Positions 1-12,625 of a stretch of DNA of 64,000 nucleotides are shown piece after piece (position 1 is the stretch's first letter; each line of letters begins with the position of its first letter). This DNA is from Leucoraja ocellata (taxonomy: Eukaryota): the NCBI GenBank assembly GCA_036785375.1, contig JAWMAR010000384.1:806001-870000 (forward strand), written 5' to 3'. A program made the translations under genes and the position numbers. The notes beneath the pieces are model-generated. The model worked only from the letters and a program-made list of their open reading frames with translations. It ran no database searches and was not told the DNA's origin.

Positions 1-632
1 CCTATTCTTCGGGGATGCTTCCTGGCCTGCTGATGTGCACCAGCAGCGTGTATCTTTTAATTTGTAAACCATCATCTGTAGTTCCATCTCTCTACTTCTT
101 TTAAATCCTTTCCTGTTAGTGTTACTCAAGATTACAACATCGGCATTCTTTTGTGTCACAACATAATGGAGAATTCAGACACAAAAAGAGGAGGAAGAGA
201 ATTGGGAACTGGAAGACACAAATATATTGTCTGAAAATGGACACAGAAGGAGAAATCTACCTGGCACAAATGATGAGAAATTATGTTGAAACAGATAAGC
301 AAGGACAAAGAATGTGAGAGGCCTGGTGCACTAAATGAGAAACACATTTCTATTCATAAATAAGAAGTTGTGGCCTTTGCCCCCAACATAAACAAAGCGT
401 TTTCTTAAAATAAGATGTGATGAAGCACACACAGAGTGCACTTACAACTTCGCATGCGCGGTGATTGTGAAAAAAAAAGCAAATAGTAAGCACCTTTTGC
501 AGAAATTAATGTCGTGTGTACCATCGTCGTGTGTATAGGAAGGAACTGCAGATGTTGGTTTAAACCGAAGATAGGCACAGAATGCTGGAGTAACACTGGG
601 ATAGGCCGCATGTCCGAAGAGAAGGAATGGGG

Positions 633-660
633 GACGTTTCGGGTCCAGCCCCTTCTTCAG
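633..660 (-). ncRNA. Minimal hammerhead ribozyme core (Penelope-type)
   Basis: Reverse complement reads CTGAAGA-A-GGG[GCTGGA]CCC-GAAA-CG-TC, inside the same repeat family (about 530-660). Confidence 0.45.
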
Positions 661-1059
661 AGGTGATCATTTCCACGACCTTGCAAAAATTTTTTTACTG
701 CAACGACCTGACTCCCAATAGTATATTTCTACTAAAACAAAGGTAATGAGGCAAGAATCACCAACGAAATGCAGATTTGTAAGCTCCCATGGCAGGGAGA
801 AGCGGAACAGAACGAAGGCGATAATTGCATTGAAATAGTTTGAGTAAAATTCATTGCCGCCAGATATGTCTAATTTAATTATAATCAACTGAAATACACT
901 TGTTAAACAGATGTTGATGATGCCGATCTTTCAGAATCATATTGCAGCTGCACTTACCCAGAGACACAAAGGGTGTTCAATTACAGTTGGATTGTACATT
1001 TCTTTTAAATATACACATGCCATAAAGTCACAAGAGTCCGTTATAAGGGGTACTTAGTT

Positions 1060-2345
1060 CACGATACAATAGGCCGAAGTCAGCATGGCTTTGTGAAGGG
1101 AAGGTCTTGCTTGACAAATTTGCTGGAATTCTTTGAAGAAGTAAAGAGCAGGATAGACAAAGGAGAGTCAGTAGATGTGTTTACTTCGATTTTCAGAAGC
1201 CTTTGATAACGCGCCACACGTTAGGCTGCTGAGGAAAATGAGAGTCCACGGATAGCAGGTTGGCTGGATGGTAGAAGACAACTAGTGGCTATAAAGGGGT
1301 TTTTTTTCTGGTTGCCTGCAGGTGACTAGTGGAGTTCCGCAAGGATCGGTGCTGGGGCCGCTACACTTCACGTTGTATAGTAATAATTTGGACGAAGGAA
1401 TTGAAGGCTTTGTGGCCAAGTTTGCGGATGATACAAAAATAGGCGAAGGAGCAGGTTGTGTAGAGATAGCAGGGACTCTGCAGAAGGACTTGGCAGGTTG
1501 GGACAGTGGGCAGAGAAGTGGCAGATGGAATCTAGTGTAGCAAAGTGTGGAGTCATGCATTTTCGTAATAGGATTAAAGGCATAGACTATTTCCTAAATG
1601 GGGCGAGGATCCAGAAATCGGAGGTGCAAAGGGACAAAGAATAGTGCTGGTGCAGTTCAGCTGCAAGTCGAGTCAGTTGTAATGAAACAAACTCAATGCT
1701 AGCATTTATTTCAAGAGGGCTCCTATATAAAACAGAGGTGTCGTGTTGAGGCTCTATAAGGCCGCATTTGGAATTTTATGAGCAATTTTGGGCACGATAT
1801 CTGAGGAAGGATGTGTTGGCTCTGGATGGTCTGGGGGAGGCTTGCAAGAATGATCCCAGGAATGAGTAGGTTAACCTATGTTGAGCGTTTGGAGGCACTG
1901 AGCCTTACATGCTGGAGTTTAGAAGAATGAGTGGGGACCGTATTGAAATGTACAGAATAGTGAAAGGCTTGGGTAGAGTACATGTGGAGAGGATGTTTCC
2001 ACCAGTGGGAGTCTAGGATGTTTCCACCAGTGGGAGTCTAGGACTAGGGGGTCTTAACCTCAGAATTAAAGGACGTTCTTTTAGGAAGGAGGTGAGGTGA
2101 AAGTTATTTAGTTAGGGGACGGCGAATCTGTGGAATTCCTTGCCACAGAAGGCTGTGGAAGCCCTGTGGATATTTTTAAGGCAGAAATAGATAGATTCTT
2201 GATTAGTACGGGTGTCAGAAGTTATGTTGAGAAGGCAGGAGAATAGGGTTATGATGGAGAGATAGACCAGGCATGATTGAATGGCAGAGTAGACTTGATG
2301 GGCCAAATGGCTTAATTGTACTCATATCCCTTATGATCTTATGGC
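1060..2345 (+). mobile_element. CR1 LINE, degenerate 3' part
   Basis: [11 protein letters not shown] and KFADDTK RT motifs with stops and frameshifts; CR1 3' UTR. Confidence 0.9.
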
Positions 2346-2849
2346 ATGTGTACATTTTAAAAATGCACAATTCAACTGTACTTGAATACCCTTCGTCTCT
2401 CTGGATGTGCAGCTGCAATATGATTCAGACAGATCGGCATCATGAAGGAAAAATGGCTTAATGGTTTAGTGATTCATCTACCATTCACACCCTTCACCAC
2501 AAATACAACAAACAACATAGAATCGCACAGCACTGAAACAAATCTGCGGCAACACAAATCGTTGAAGTAACTCAGTTAATGGAAAATGTAATGCCTATTA
2601 GAAGAAGCATGATAAGAAAATGATAGAGAACCTAGGAACAGCAAACCTAGGAAAGACACAGAATGCTGGAGTAACCCATCAGGTCATGCTGCATTCCTTG
2701 AGAACGTGGACAGGTAACGTTTCGGCCCTGGTCTCTTTTTCAGACCTGAAGTAGTTGCTCGACCCGAAACATCACCTGTCAATGTACTCCAGAGATGCTG
2801 CTTGCCCCGCTGAGTTACTCCAGTATCCTTTTGTGTAAATCTGCATCTG

Positions 2850-3112
2850 GTGTTTCCGATATGGCCACATATACACCAGTGAAACCAAAGCAGATTAGGC
2901 GACAGCTTTGTCGAGCATCTGCTCTCAGTCCGCTGTGGCCACACGGATCGTCTGGTTATCAGTCATTTAAATTCTCCATCGTATTTCCACAAGGATATTT
3001 TCTGTCCTCCACGTCCGGAGAGAAGCTAAAGTCAAACTGTTGCAACAGGAGCGCGTATTCCAACCAGGCAGTCCACAACCCAACTGCTTGAACATTGAAT
3101 TTTCCATTTTAC
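2850..3112 (+). mobile_element. Penelope-like element GIY-YIG endonuclease fragment
   Basis: Frameshifted IYTSETK..RLGDSFVEHL..SHLNS..LNIEFS motifs, next to an inverted pair of hammerhead-type repeats at 2655-2840. Confidence 0.65.
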
Positions 3113-3704
3113 CATTACCCTAAGCTCTGCTATCCCATTCCCTCTCATCCTATCTATCACGGCCCTTTTTGACACCTCTTATTCCCACCTCATCCCACAG
3201 TCCTCCACCGCACTGTTTCTTCCTCTTCCCCCACACTCTCCATCTCCTTCCCCCATTACTCCCCTTCCCGTCCCTCTTCAGCTCCCAACTACCAACCTTC
3301 CTCGTTCTGTTCCATTCCTCGCCTTCATTTCCTTTCAGATGACAGAACCTACAGATTTTTTCCATATCATCCCACATCTTCACCCTTCCACCCCCTCCCC
3401 CCAACTTGAATGTTACCTACCAACCAGTCCCTCCATTAAGCCTCTGCAGTCTCTTGTGCCAATAAGTCAATGTTTTCCAGATGGCGAGTAGATCCGATAC
3501 GGAAGAAGCTCCCTTCATATTTTCCCAACCACTAATGAAAGGCTCACTGGTATATACCTTTCTGGTTTCTCTCCGATGTCCTTCAGAAACAGGGAAACGC
3601 AATTGACTGTTCGCCGGTTCTTTGGCACCTGGCCTATGACTGGAGAGGAAACAAAGGTCACAGCCACAAAACCCAGTATTCTACACTATTGCGTCTCTCA
3701 ATGA

Positions 3705-4075
3705 CATAGAAACATAGAAACATAGAAATTAGGTGCAGGAGTAGGCCATTCGGCCCTTCGAGCCTGCACCGCCATTTAATATGATCATGGCTGATCATCC
3801 AACTCAGTATCCCGTACCTGCCTTTTCTCCATACCCTCTGATCCCCTTGGCCACAAGGGCCACATCTAACTCCCTCTTAAATATAGCCAATGAACTGGCC
3901 TCAACAACCCTCTGTGGCAGAGAGTTCCAGAGATTCACCACTCTCTGTGGGAAAAAAGTTCTCCTCATCTCGGTTTTAAAGGATTTCCCCCTTATCCTTA
4001 AGCTGTGACCCCTTGTCCTGGACTTCCCCAACATCGGAAACAATCTTCCTGCATCTAGCCTGTCCAACCCCTTAA
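3705..4075 (-). mobile_element. CR1 LINE 3' end
   Basis: FFPQRVVNLWNSLP motif and (CTATGTTT)n tail. Confidence 0.9.
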
Positions 4076-4629
4076 CGTGGGATAGATTCTATTCGGCCAT
4101 GGTAACTTATCCAAGCTGATATTTTTCAAGAGACAACGAATTTATCCTTCTTGACTGTCAACATGCCCTGGACTATTAACATACCTCCCCTTGATTTCGC
4201 TATCCTGCTTGTCCTTTTCGTTTAGTATTTCGCCAATTTCCTCAGGCTCCACATATAATTGTAATCCTTTGCCTTGAGTTGTCTTGCTCTTTTCTTTGTA
4301 ATATATGTAGAAAATGTCTCATGTTTCTCTCCCTGCTAAGGACCTGCTATGGCCTTCTTGGCCCTACTAATTCCCTGTTTACCTACGCTCCGTTTGCTGT
4401 TTCTTCTTCAATGGCACAGATCGATTTCAGCTTCCTAAAACATTCACTTGCGTCCTTTTCTTCTTTTTTTTGCAACATCTCTCTTCATCCAAGGTCGCAG
4501 AACAGTCCCATCCTTGTTCTTCTGAGGAACAAGTTAGTCCTGAATTATGACCAGATGGCCTTTTAAAAACCAACACGTGAGATGTGAATTTACCGAATAA
4601 AAGTTGATCCAAATCTTCTCTGGTACGGA

Positions 4630-5290
4630 AGGCAGAGGGATCCTGGACTGCAGGTGCATGGTTCCTTGAATGTGGAGTCGCAGATAGCTGGTCAAAAAGG
4701 CTTTTGACAAATTGGCCATCAGTTAGCGTATTTAGTGTAAAAGCTGTGAGGTCATGTTACAGTTATATAGATGTTGGTGAAGCCACGTTTAGTGTATTGT
4801 ATTCAGTTATGGGCACCATGCTGTAGGAAATATGGAAAGTGTACAGAGAACATTTACGAGGACATTGCCAGGACCAGGTGTCTAAGCTATAGGGAGAGAT
4901 TGAGTAGGCTGGGATTATTTTCCTTGGAGCGATGGAAGATGAGGGGTGATCTGATAGAGGTGTATAAAATCATGAGTGGAATAGATCGAGAACATGCACA
5001 GAATCTCAAGCCCAGTGTAGGTGAATCGAGAACCAGGGAACATAGCTTTACGGTTAACGGAAAAATATTTAATAGGAATCTGAGGGGTCACTTTTTCACG
5101 CAAATAATGTTATGTGTATGGAACAAGCTACCAGAGGAGGAAGTTGAGGCAGGCACTATCCCAACATATAAGAAACAGTTAGACCGGTACATGGAAGGAC
5201 ATGTTTGTAGGGATATGGGCCAAATGTGGGCAGGTGGGGCTGGTGTAGCCCGGTGTGGGGAAATTGGGCCATCGGGGCTGTTTCCATACC
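4630..5290 (+). mobile_element. CR1 LINE 3' fragment
   Basis: LVYCIQLWAP..LSYRERL..RGDLIEVYKI..WNKLP motifs. Confidence 0.85.
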
Positions 5291-5322
5291 GTTTAAGAAG
5301 GAACTGTAGATGCTGGAGAATC

Positions 5323-5503
5323 GAAGGTACACAAAAATGCTGGAGAAACTCAGCGGGTGCAGCAGCATCTATGGAGCGAAGGAGATAGGCAACGTTGCTG
5401 GCGGAAACCCTTATAAGGTTTCGGCCCGAAACGTTGCCTATCTCCTTCGCTCCATAGATGCTGCTGCACCCGCTGAGTTTCTCCAGCATTTTTGTGTACC
5501 TTC
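5323..5503. repeat. Perfect 74-bp-arm inverted repeat (Penelope pLTR-type repeat) inserted in a CR1 3' end
   Basis: 5323-5396 is the exact reverse complement of 5430-5503. Confidence 0.85.
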
Positions 5504-6292
5504 TGTTCCCATACTGTTTGACTGCTTGACTCTATAGTTCTATCTCTTTCTCCAGATACGTTGTTTGACCCACTGAGTTGCTCCAGCTTTTAGTGTCAAA
5601 CTCATGATTTTATGCAGGTGTTCGGGGATGGGCAATCGAGATTTGGATTTTTTTTCATCCTGACCGATTGTCCAGTGCGTGTTACGCTCGGTGCTTCCCC
5701 TGGATGACGCAGAGCGTGTTGGAAGGGCTGCTATCAAACCGCCCTTGCGAAATGACATCGCCAATTACCGTCGCAGCATTCGCTCGACCACGAAAGCCGC
5801 ACTGTAGACCCCGACAACCAATTGGAGATCCAGACTGTTGCACGATCCCGACACATGGTAAAAAAAATTGGGAGGAAATCAGTGGCAATATTAAAAAGGC
5901 GTGGGGAATCAACACCATTCATGTTCAAGAACTTTGCATCATAATAAAATGAAAAGGAAAAAAAACATTGCATCCGAGATCAGTTCATTGATTACATTGA
6001 CTCATGGAAAACCCCTCCAAAAAAACGAGGAAGCACGAATCACTTATTTGCCTATATTCAATTTTGCTGAACATGCAGCACTAAAGTCACTTAAACTTGA
6101 AACAGCACATTATTTGGATCGACAGCGTTTACAATAACAGAGTTTCCAATATATAATAGTTGATGAAAATTAAAACTGCTAAGATTCTGGTTGTTTATTT
6201 ATGTATCTATCCACCCATCCGTTCATTTATTTACATATTCGCCTATTTTCCCATCTATTTTTTATTTTTATTTATCTATTTATTTATCTACT

Positions 6293-6690
6293 NNNNNNNN
6301 NNNNNNNNNNNNNNNNNNNNNNNNNNNNNNNNNNNNNNNNNNNNNNNNNNNNNNNNNNNNNNNNNNNNNNNNNNNNNNNNNNNNNNNNNNNNNNNNNNNN
6401 NNNNNNNNNNNNNNNNNNNNNNNNNNNNNNNNNNNNNNNNNNNNNNNNNNNNNNNNNNNNNNNNNNNNNNNNNNNNNNNNNNNNNNNNNNNNNNNNNNNN
6501 NNNNNNNNNNNNNNNNNNNNNNNNNNNNNNNNNNNNNNNNNNNNNNNNNNNNNNNNNNNNNNNNNNNNNNNNNNNNNNNNNNNNNNNNNNNNNNNNNNNN
6601 NNNNNNNNNNNNNNNNNNNNNNNNNNNNNNNNNNNNNNNNNNNNNNNNNNNNNNNNNNNNNNNNNNNNNNNNNNNNNNNNNNNNNNNNNN
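6293..6690. other. Assembly gap (N run)
   Basis: 398 N. Confidence 1.
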
Positions 6691-7066
6691 TTTCTTCCTC
6701 CCCCCCCCCCCCCCTGCTTGTGCCCCACCTGTACTGACACATATTTAATCCCCATTCTCCCTCCCCTTCCCCTTATATTCCTTCTTCTGTCTTCATGATT
6801 CGAACTGCTATCCTTAAATCACACATATTGTCTTTTCTTATCTGGCCTTTGTCCAACCTTTGTCAGGCTTAGTCATACCCCCCTCTCTTCCAGCTTTCTC
6901 CTTCACCTTCTCCACAATCAGTCAGAAGATAGGTCCCGATTCTAAACGCCACCTACCCATGTTCTCCCGTGGGCTCCCCACCACTTTGTGGAACATTTCG
7001 ATCTGCTGTCACCTGGAAGAAATGAATGATCCAAGTTACCCAGCTCAGCGTGCAAGTTTTTCACCA

Positions 7067-7320
7067 TCAAATAAAATGGATCGGGATTTTTTACTTAATG
7101 GGATTTGCCTTCAGTCTCGTATTCAACCACACAGATTGTATAGTTTCCAGAAGGTTGCCCGTCTCCTGCTGGACCCGGTTGGTCTCAACGCCATTCCTTC
7201 TCGCAGTTTTGTCTGCAGTCCACTCAATTTCTACACCCCGCGTATCACCGAACACACCAGGGTAGCGGGTCCATTTACCATGACTTCGTTCGGCGAAGGC
7301 AGCAGAACCGACCTTAAGAT
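7067..7320 (-). pseudogene. Orphan degenerate Ig light chain constant exon
   Basis: After an ACCAG acceptor the reverse strand reads SVLLPSPNEV..GPATLVC / VEIEWTADK..RNGVETNRVQQET. It aligns to the functional C exons with several frameshifting deletions (254 vs 323 nt). No associated V-J seen. Confidence 0.85.
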
Positions 7321-7909
7321 CTGGTTATAAAAAGGACCAGTTTAGGAAACGTTGGAAAACTATATCTGAAATATTACGCTTTGCGGTTTAATTATCAGAA
7401 TATCTCTCAATCAACGGTGGATACTCAGAATTATTCCAATTTGCGCGTGGGTTAATTTTGAGCGGTCTGGGACAGTTAGGTATTCATGTTCTGGCCTACA
7501 CGTCTTCTTACTCTGCCACTTTCAAATACTCCATCCCCTATTACCAATTCCTCTGTCGCCACAGCTTTTTCTCCCAAGATGAGATGATCCAGCCAAGTAC
7601 ATCGGAGATGTCCTAATTCTTTAGGGAACTAGAGTTCCACCCTTTTTTTAATCACAAATGAGACCCTCACACGTGTCGCATCTGTACCCAGCAGTTCCGC
7701 ACTTGTACCCCAGCCCCACAGTCGCGACAGGAACAGATATTATCCTCCAAAATTCCTCCAGAAGTTACATTGCAGCCAACTACATTATTATGCGGAAGAT
7801 AAACACAAAATGCTGAAATAAACCAACGGGCAGGCAGAATCTCTGGAGACACGGTATAGGTGGCAGCTTCTGCACCAAGCGCCCGATGCAAACCAGCAGC
7901 TGCAGTTCA

Positions 7910-9610
7910 TGGACTCTGCAGAAAGACTTGGATATATTGGGGGAGTGAGCTAACTAACGGGAGATGGAATATAGTACAGCAAAGTGCGGAGTCATGCATT
8001 TGGGAAGCAGGAATAAAGGCTCAGACTCTTTTCTAAATGGGGAAATAATTCACAAATCGGAGATGTAAATGGACTTGGGAGTGCTGTTGCAGGATTACCA
8101 ACAAGTTAAGTTGCAAGTCGAATCAGTAGGAAGGAATATGAATGCAAACCTAGGATTTATTTCGAGAGGGCTAGAATACAAAACATGGATGTAATGCTTT
8201 AAAGGAACTGCTCAGACTGGATTTGGGTTATTATGCGCAGTTTTAGACCCCATATCTGAAGCAATATGTGTTGGCTTTGGAGAGGAACCGGAGGAGGTTA
8301 TCGAGAATGATCCCAGGTTTAATTGGGTTAATACGTGATGAGCGCTTGAAGGCACAGGGCTTGTGTTCGCTTGAGTTTAGAAGGATGAAGGAACACCTCA
8401 TTGAAACTTACCGAATAGTGAAAGGCTTGTACAGAGTAAACGTGGAGAGAATGTTTCCACTGGTGCGAGAGTCTGGGGCCAGAGCCCATAGACTCAGCAT
8501 TAAAGGACGTATCGTTAGAAAGGAGATGAGGAGGATTTGTTTTTTGTCAGAGGGTGGTGAATCTTTGGAATCAATTGCCATAGATAGGCGTGAATATTTT
8601 TACATAGAAACATAGAAAATAGGTAGAGTAGAAGGCCATTTGGCCCTTCGAACTAGCACCGCCATCCAATATGATCATGCCTAATGCCTTGAATCCGTTA
8701 GCCCTAACAGCTATATCTAGCTCTCTTGAAAAAATCCAATGAATTGGCCTCCACTGTCTTCTTTGACAGAGAATTCCAAAGATTCACAACTCTCTTCAAT
8801 CAAGGCCTCGTTGCACCTCACCTTGTCCCAATCTGACACAACGCAGATAATAATCTGCCTTCTTGTTCTTGCCACCAAAGTGGATAACCTCACATTTATC
8901 CACATTATACTGCATCTGCCATGTCTGCCCGCTCACCCCACTTATCCAAGTCACCCTACAGCCCCATACCACCCTCCTCGCAACTCACACTTTGTGTCAT
9001 CCGCGAACTTGGAAATGTTACTTTTAATTCCTTAATCTAGATCGTTAATAAACATTGTAAATAAATGGGGATCCAGCACTGAGCCTTGCGACACCCCACT
9101 AGTCACTGCCTGCCATTCTGAAAAAGACCCATTAATTCCTACTCTTTGCTTCCTGCCAGCCAACCAGTTCCTTATCCTTGTCAATACCCTACTCCCAATA
9201 CCATGTCCTCTAATTGTGCACACTCATCTCTTGTGTGGGACCTTATAAGAGGCTTTTTGAAAGTCCAGATACAACACATCAACTGGTTCTCCCTTTTCCA
9301 TTCTACTTGATACATCCTCAAAAGTTTCCAGAAGATTAGTCAAGTATGATTTGCCCTTCATAAATCCCTGCTGACGTTGTCCGATCCCTTCATTGCTTTC
9401 CAAATACGCTGCAATTACATCTTTAAAAATTTAATAATTTTAAAGTCGAGATTGACAGATTCTTTATTGCTTATGGGTAACAGGGGGTACGGAAATAAGA
9501 CATGAGAATGGGGTTGAGAGGTTAAGTTGGATCAGCCATGATTGAATGGTGGAGTAACCTTGATGGGCCGAATGGCCTAATTCTGCTCCTAGAACAATGA
9601 ATTTATGAAC
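7910..9610. mobile_element. Nested CR1 fragments (+ 7910-8600 and 9440-9610; - 8603-9430)
   Basis: RT motifs on both strands; CATAGAAA tail at about 8603. Confidence 0.8.
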
Positions 9611-10374
9611 ATGAATTATGCGTCTGGTTCTTAAATGCCTTGGAGACCATTTTGTTGAGTTATACATAAGGGCACTGATTAGAATGGATTATGTTGACGG
9701 CACAGACTGTGGGCTTGTTGCGCGTGTGGCAAAGGGAGACAAAGGATGGGATTATGTCATTAAAATAAAAACTTAATCCTGTAAAATGTCGGACTTCTTG
9801 AACGTTTTCGGAGCTGAGGTCATCACGACATGTGGCGAGGATGTGATCACAGCCATTTTGCTCTTTTTAAAGTAATATCAGAGTCTTGAGAATTTGGTGT
9901 TGAATGGGGAACTGGAATGAGATGGAATGGAGATTATTTTGGTTCCAACACGATCTTTATTATAGAAAATAAGAAAAGATATTCACAAAGCAGGAAATCT
10001 CACGCCCTTCTGCTCATTAAGCCTGAACTGATATAGACGGCGGTTAATAATAAGAAGTCACATGAATGTCTCCTCTTCCAGGTTCCTGTTTGCTATAGCT
10101 GGTCTGGAGAACTGTAAAGTCCTGGCACCTTTTGGGATCATGATCTAATGTGCAGTCTTTCTCTCTCTTCGTTGTACTCAAGAAACAGTAAGCTAGTTAT
10201 TAAAACAAGGGCTCGAGCTAGTCTCGGATGCCTCTAAGAATGAAATTGAGATATCCCAATAGACATCTGGAATTGCAGCGGGGTCAACGCTATTTTATTC
10301 GTAAACCATGTCCACTTTCTTGACTGTTAAACTTTAAACAATCCTTCATCAATGCCCTCTGCTCGATCTTTGAC

Positions 10375-11472
10375 ATGGCATTGACATGGATAGAGGATTG
10401 GTTGGGAAACAGGAAACAAAGAGTAGGAATAAACGGGTCCCTGTCAGAATGGTAGGCAGTGGCGAGTGGAGTGCCGCAAGGCTCGGTGCTGGGACTGCAA
10501 CTATTTACAATATATATTAATGATTTAGATGATGGGATTAAAAGTAACACGAGCAAATTTGCAGATGACACAAATTTAGGTGGCATTGGGAACTGCGAAA
10601 AGGATGCTAGGAGGTTGCAGGGCGACTTGGACAGGTTGAGTGAGTGGGCAGATGCATGGCAGATGCAGTATAATGTAGATAATTGTGCGTTTATCCACTT
10701 TGGTAGCAAGAACAAGGAGGCAGATTATTATCTCTATGGTGTCAGATTAGGAAAAAGGGAATTGCAGTGAGACCTGGGTGTCCTTGTACACCAGTCACTG
10801 AAATAAAACATGCAGGTACACCAGGCAGTGAGGAAAGCTAATGTCACGTTGGCCTTCATAACGAGAGGATTTGAGTAGAGGAGTAAAGAGGTCCTTCTGC
10901 AGTTGTACAGGGACCTGATGAGAACACATCTTCAGTACTGTGTGCAGTTTTGGTCTCCTAATTTGAGGAAGGACATCCTTGTTATTGAGGCAGTGCACCG
11001 TAGGTTCAAGAGGTTAATCCCTGGGATGGCGGGACTGTCATATGAGGAAAGATTGGAAAGATTGGGCTTGTATTCACTGGAATTTAGAAGGATGAGGATT
11101 ATAGAAATTTATCAAATTATAGAAGAACTGGACAAGCTAGTCGCAGGAAAAATGTTCCTAATGACGGGGAAACCCAGAACCAGAGGCCGCAGCCTAAGAA
11201 TAAAGGAGAAGCCATTTAAAACTGAGAGGAGAAAAAAACTTTCACCCAGACAGTTGTGAATGTGTGGAATACTCTGCCACAGAAGGCCGTAAAGGCCAAT
11301 TCACTGGATTAATTTAAAAGTTAGATAGAGCTCGGTGCTACCGGAATCAAGGATAATGGGGAGAAGGCATACACGGGTTACTGATAGTGGTTGATCAGCC
11401 ATGATCACGATGAATAGCGGTGCCGGCTCGAAGGGCCGAATGGCCTCCTCCTGCACCTATTTTCTATGTTTC
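10375..11472 (+). mobile_element. CR1 LINE upstream of G1 (paralogous copies upstream of G3 and G4)
   Basis: [10 protein letters not shown] and KFADDT motifs, CTATGTTT tail. Homologous to 58214-59325 (-) and in part to 46555-46860 (-). Absent at the equivalent G2 site (about 27195). Confidence 0.9.
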
Positions 11473-12424
11473 TATCTAACTTGGACACATCTAATTCATC
11501 AACGTTATTCATTTGTATGATGATCGCGTCTCTGGGAACGCAGTATTTATTGCCCATCCAAATGTGGGAACACAGAGACACAAGGAACTGCGGATGCTGG
11601 AATCATGATAAAAACAGAAAGTGCTGGAGTAACACGGGGTGTGCCTCATGGTTCGGTGCTGGGCCCGTTAACGTCTGTCATCTATATCAATGATTTGAAT
11701 GGGATCATACTTGGTAAGATTAGCAAATTTACAGATGATACAAACGTGGGAGGTTTTGCAGATAGTGGAGATGGTTGTGCAGCAGGATCTTGACCAATTG
11801 GCCAGGCAGGCTGTGGAATGGTTGATGGAATATAATGCATAGAAATGTGAAGTGTTTCATTTTGGGAATTCTAACATAGGCAGAACCTACGTCGACGGTA
11901 GATCGGGTGGTCAAAAAGGCTTGTCAGACAGTGGTGGGTGTATGGAACAAGCAGCAGAGGAGGTAGTTGTGCCAGGGACTATTCCAACGTTTAAAAAACA
12001 CTTAGGCCGGTACATGGAAATGACAGATTTGGAGGGATATGGACTCAATACGGGCAGGTTGGACTACTGTAGATAGGACATGTTGGCCGATGTGGGAAAG
12101 ATGGGCCGAATGGCTTGTTTCCACACTCTATGACTCTATTTGACTCTATGGGGGATCGTGTAGCATCTGCGGATCGGCGTTTAGGGAGGTAATAATGAGC
12201 AGCCATGAGCCAATGCAATCTTTCGCGTGTTCATTTTCTCACGGTATTCCACGTTGCAACTTGACAACATGCAGCAGTGAGAGAAGGATGAGGGCGGTGA
12301 GAGCAGGGACCATGTGTAAATAAACATTAGGTAAACTTGCTAGTCGTAGTGACATGCCAACGTTCAGAGTGGCTTATGCGCGCAATTACAGCTCATTCTG
12401 TAGATGGTACACATTGAAGTCACT

Positions 12425-12625
12425 TTAGTTTAATTTGGAGATACAGCGCCTAAACAGGCCCTTCTACCCACTGATCAACAGTCCCCGCACATTAACATTA
12501 TCCTACACACTTTAGGGACAATATATAATTTGCCCAAGCCAATGAACCTACCAATCTGTCTTTGTGGTGTGGGAGGAAACCGGAGCTACCTGGGAAATCC
12601 CAGGCAGGTCATGGGGAAAATGTAG
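12425..12625 (-). mobile_element. V-SINE/HE1-like SINE fragment
   Basis: GGGAGGAAACCGGAG core and CTAAA-type tail; paralog at about 45015-45212. Confidence 0.6.

Noticed and set aside
1990-2041. ~25-bp direct repeat
   Set aside because: Local tandem duplication within a dead CR1; only two units with no spacer, so not CRISPR-like.
3430-3690. Possible exon on the minus strand after a pyrimidine-rich AG
   Set aside because: Reads as a decayed CR1 RT segment (PLF..YRPVSL.SVVGK-like), not an Ig exon.
6160-6798. Long ORFs spanning N runs (also 35629-36258)
   Set aside because: Artefacts of assembly gaps.
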